IMG/VR virus record: IMGVR_UViG_3300017727_000080
Source: a virus
Strand: one strand, 5' to 3'
Length of the DNA: 31,415 nt
Part shown: positions 28,954-31,415 of the stretch, one piece after another
Layout: each line of letters opens with the position of its first letter
How positions within the stretch are numbered: the stretch's first letter is position 1
Notes under the pieces: model-generated
What the model was told of the DNA's origin: nothing
Seen by the model: the letters and a program-made list of their open reading frames with translations, nothing else
Database searches by the model: none
Position numbers and translations under genes: made by a program

Positions 28954-30989
28954 AAAATAGAAAAAGAAATAGTTTAGGTCAATTTGTTAAAGAATCTAAA
29001 TCCGAAATTAGTTTTGTTAATTTAAGTACCTATACAAGTCCAGAAGTGACAGAAGTTCCAAACCAAGAATGGGTAGGTTATGGGGATGATAACAATTACT
29101 TTCAATTTTTAATAGACAGATACAATGGAAGTCCAACAAATAATGCTTGTATAAATGGTATAAGTCAACAAATTTATGGTAAAGGTTTGGGAGCTACAGA
29201 TTCAAACAGAAAACCAGAGCAGTATGCAGAAATGATTACATTATTTAAAAAAGATATTGTAAGAAAACTATGTTATGATCTAAAACTAATGGGTCAATGT
29301 GCAATGCAAATAATTTATTCTAAAGACAGAACTAAAATTGCTCAAATAGAACATATGCCTATTGAAACATTAAGGGCAGAAAAATGTAATGAAGATGGAG
29401 ATATACCAGCATACTATTATTTTAAAGATTGGTCAAAATTAAAGCCAAGTGATAAACCATTAAGAATACCAGCTTATGGAATGTCAAAAGAAAACATTGA
29501 AATATATTACATAAAACCATATAAATCTGGCTTTTACTATTATGCACCTGTAGATTATCAAGGTGGAATACAATATGCAGAGCTTGAGGAGGAGATCAGT
29601 AACTATCATTTAAACAATATAATGAATGGTTTAAGTCCTTCAATGCTTATAAATTTCAATAACGGAACACCTAATCCACAAGAAAGAGAACTAATAGAGC
29701 AACGTATTGCACAAAAGTTTAGTGGAACAAGTAATGCAGGTAAATTTATATTATCATTTAACGACAATAAAGAAGCACAAGCAGAAATAACACCTGTTCA
29801 ATTATCAGATGCTCACAATCAATACCAATTTTTAAGTGACGAATCACAAAGTAAAGTATTAGTAGCTCATAGGGTAGTAAGTCCTATGCTTTTAGGTATA
29901 AAAGACAATACAGGTCTTGGAAACAATGCAGATGAAATAAAGACTGCATCTTTACTTATGGATAACACGGTTATAAGACCGTTTCAGGAACTTTTAATAG
30001 ACTGCTTTGATAATATACTTGCTTACAACAATATAGCCTTAAACCTCTACTTTATTACGTTACAGCCACTAGAATTTACTGATGTTGACAGAAGCGTACA
30101 AACAGATGAAGAAATAGAAGAAGAAACTGGAATTAAAATGTCTACTGATCTTAAAGAAATAGACGGATTAGAGGTTTACGAAACTAAAGAAGAAGCAGAA
30201 AGACAAGCTGAAAAAATGGGGTGTTCTGGTCATCACGAACACAAAGAAGGGGATAAGGTTTGGTATATGCCTTGTGAATCACACGATGAAATAGATTTAA
30301 AAAAACCTTGTCAGGCTGGATATGAACAATACGGAATGAAAGTTAAGAACGGTAGATTAGTGCCTAATTGTATTCCTATTAAAATGTCAAGTGAACTTGG
30401 GGAAGTTATTTTAGAAAATTTAAAAGGCGAAGTAATAAATGACGAATGGGAACTTGTAGATGAATTACAAGAAGGTTCTGACATAAGCAATGAGGACTGG
30501 GCTAATATATGTATTGATGAAAAAAAGAGTTTGTTTCAACAATTAAAAGATGAAATTACTGCTAAACCTGATGGCTTTAGTTATTTAGATTCTAAAAACT
30601 ATAAGATTAGATATAAGTATGTAGTAGGTTCTAAAAAACCAAGTAATTCAACAAGAGATTTTTGTGAAAATATGATGCGTTTATCTAAATCAGGCATTGT
30701 ATATAGATTAGAAGATATTGACAAAGCAACAAGAGAAGGAGTTAATAAAGAATTAGGACATAAAGGTAGACCTTACGATTTATTCAAATTTAAAGGTGGA
30801 ATTTATTGTAGACATAAATGGATGCGACAATTATATCGTTTAAAGAAAAACACAAAACCATCTAAAGATTTAAGTGATTACAAGAAAACAAGAACGATAC
30901 CTAAAACTTATATTAAGAATCCAAGAGGAACTAAACAATCACAAATAGCACCAGTTAATATGCCTAATCAAGGAGCATACCCAAAATAG
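28950..30989 (+). CDS. Portal protein fused to a MuF/SPP1-gp7-like C-terminal domain
   Basis: 679 aa. The N-terminal ~370 aa are portal-like by size and position. An acidic linker follows, then a Cys/His motif MGCSGHHEHKEGDKVWYMPCESH. The C-terminus STRDFCENMMRLSKSGIVYRLEDID...GHKGRPYDLFKFKGGIYCRHKW resembles minor-head (MuF-type) proteins. Confidence 0.6.
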   Translation: MKNRKRNSLGQFVKESKSEISFVNLSTYTSPEVTEVPNQEWVGYGDDNNYFQFLIDRYNGSPTNNACINGISQQIYGKGLGATDSNRKPEQYAEMITLFKKDIVRKLCYDLKLMGQCAMQIIYSKDRTKIAQIEHMPIETLRAEKCNEDGDIPAYYYFKDWSKLKPSDKPLRIPAYGMSKENIEIYYIKPYKSGFYYYAPVDYQGGIQYAELEEEISNYHLNNIMNGLSPSMLINFNNGTPNPQERELIEQRIAQKFSGTSNAGKFILSFNDNKEAQAEITPVQLSDAHNQYQFLSDESQSKVLVAHRVVSPMLLGIKDNTGLGNNADEIKTASLLMDNTVIRPFQELLIDCFDNILAYNNIALNLYFITLQPLEFTDVDRSVQTDEEIEEETGIKMSTDLKEIDGLEVYETKEEAERQAEKMGCSGHHEHKEGDKVWYMPCESHDEIDLKKPCQAGYEQYGMKVKNGRLVPNCIPIKMSSELGEVILENLKGEVINDEWELVDELQEGSDISNEDWANICIDEKKSLFQQLKDEITAKPDGFSYLDSKNYKIRYKYVVGSKKPSNSTRDFCENMMRLSKSGIVYRLEDIDKATREGVNKELGHKGRPYDLFKFKGGIYCRHKWMRQLYRLKKNTKPSKDLSDYKKTRTIPKTYIKNPRGTKQSQIAPVNMPNQGAYPK

Positions 30990-30995
30990 AAAATT

Positions 30996-31415
30996 ATGGC
31001 AACAGCATTATTTATAAATAGAACCGATTTAGTTAGAAATTCCATAATAGATGGCAACGTAGATACTGATAAATTTATACAGTTTATTAAGATAGCTCAA
31101 GAAATAGATATACAAAACTATACGGGTACAGACTTATATAATAAAATATCTACATTAATTGCTAATGGAGAAATTGATGACGTAGCTAATGCTAAATATA
31201 AAACATTACTTAACACATATTTACAACCAATGTTGATCTGGGCAGCTCAAGTATATTATATTCCATTTGCAAGTTATGCTATAAAAAATGGTGGTGTATT
31301 TAAACATAGATCAGAAACAAGCGAAACAGTAAGTAAGAACGAAGTAGATTATTTAGTAGATAAAGCTCGTGAATTTATGGAATATTATTCGAGACGTTTC
31401 ATTGATTTTATGTCA
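30996..31415 (+). CDS. Head-tail adaptor-like protein, 5' part (continues at 1-216 through the wrap; not in the ORF track)
   Basis: ATG at 30996, open to the window end (140 codons). NVDTDKFIQFIKIAQEIDIQNYTGTDLYNKI resembles the gp6-type head-tail connector pattern. Confidence 0.5.
   Translation, partial: MATALFINRTDLVRNSIIDGNVDTDKFIQFIKIAQEIDIQNYTGTDLYNKISTLIANGEIDDVANAKYKTLLNTYLQPMLIWAAQVYYIPFASYAIKNGGVFKHRSETSETVSKNEVDYLVDKAREFMEYYSRRFIDFMS
31293..31415. repeat. Terminal redundancy, right copy (identical to 1-123)
   Basis: See 1-123. Confidence 0.9.

Noticed and set aside
1-31415. Temperate lifestyle or mobile-element features (integrase, repressor/Cro switch, att sites, transposase)
   Set aside because: No tyrosine or serine recombinase motifs are recognisable in any ORF. 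There is no divergent repressor pair, since all genes share one strand. The only long repeat is the 123-nt window overlap. Absence of recognition by eye is not proof of a strictly lytic lifestyle.

Overview
The window is essentially one complete genome of a tailed dsDNA phage. The first 123 nt are identical to the last 123 nt, so the unit length is 31,292 bp and the window wraps through a gene. The DNA is AT-rich. All credible genes are on the + strand and tightly packed, often with ATGA, TAATG or GTGA start/stop overlaps, and almost no Shine-Dalgarno sequences are visible. That pattern, together with TAnnTTTG-like boxes, suggests a Bacteroidota (Flavobacteriia-like) host; this is inference only.

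Modules, in window order:
- Head-tail adaptor remnant (1-216).
- A 1377-aa tail fibre with an S74 intramolecular-chaperone C-terminus (292-4425).
- A spread-out lysis region (4690-7148) with an M15 endolysin, a GTA-type 3TM holin-like protein and several small membrane or secreted proteins.
- A long non-coding gap containing a perfect homopyrimidine mirror repeat (7250-7295).
- An early replication/recombination module (7303-12859): zinc-ribbon miniprotein, NinG-like protein, annealing- and SSB-like candidates, RecA-fold ATPase, ECF-like sigma factor, two PD-(D/E)xK-like proteins, FEN-type 5'-3' exonuclease and a DnaA-domain-IV-like protein.
- Two orphan DPPY DNA methyltransferases flanking a small helical ORF (13045-15634).
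- Small and large terminase subunits (15696-17167).
- A chain of translationally coupled miniproteins (17169-18257).
- Tail and neck genes, including a tape-measure-like protein (18352-25364).
- XkdF-type prohead protease, scaffold and major capsid protein (25400-27822).
- A tail-tube-like protein, then a portal fused to a MuF-like domain (27902-30989).

I recognised no tRNA, rRNA, CRISPR array, integrase, repressor or transposase.

Most notable observations:
1. An exact 10-mer, ACGTTATATA, occurs five times. Every copy is intergenic and on the + strand, each has an AAAAT-like element (AAAAA at one site) exactly 12 nt upstream, and four of the five lie only 3-7 nt before a start codon. With the phage-encoded sigma-like ORF, this looks like an autonomous late-transcription system making near-leaderless mRNAs.
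2. A T9 run in canonical T_TTT_TTT phase sits inside a 104-codon open -1 frame that ends in an ATGA overlap with the next gene. This indicates recoding or a homopolymer sequencing error.
3. A perfect 21+21 nt homopyrimidine mirror repeat (H-DNA motif) lies immediately upstream of the first early gene.
4. Two paralogous CxxC-N17-CxxC miniproteins are missing from the ORF track.
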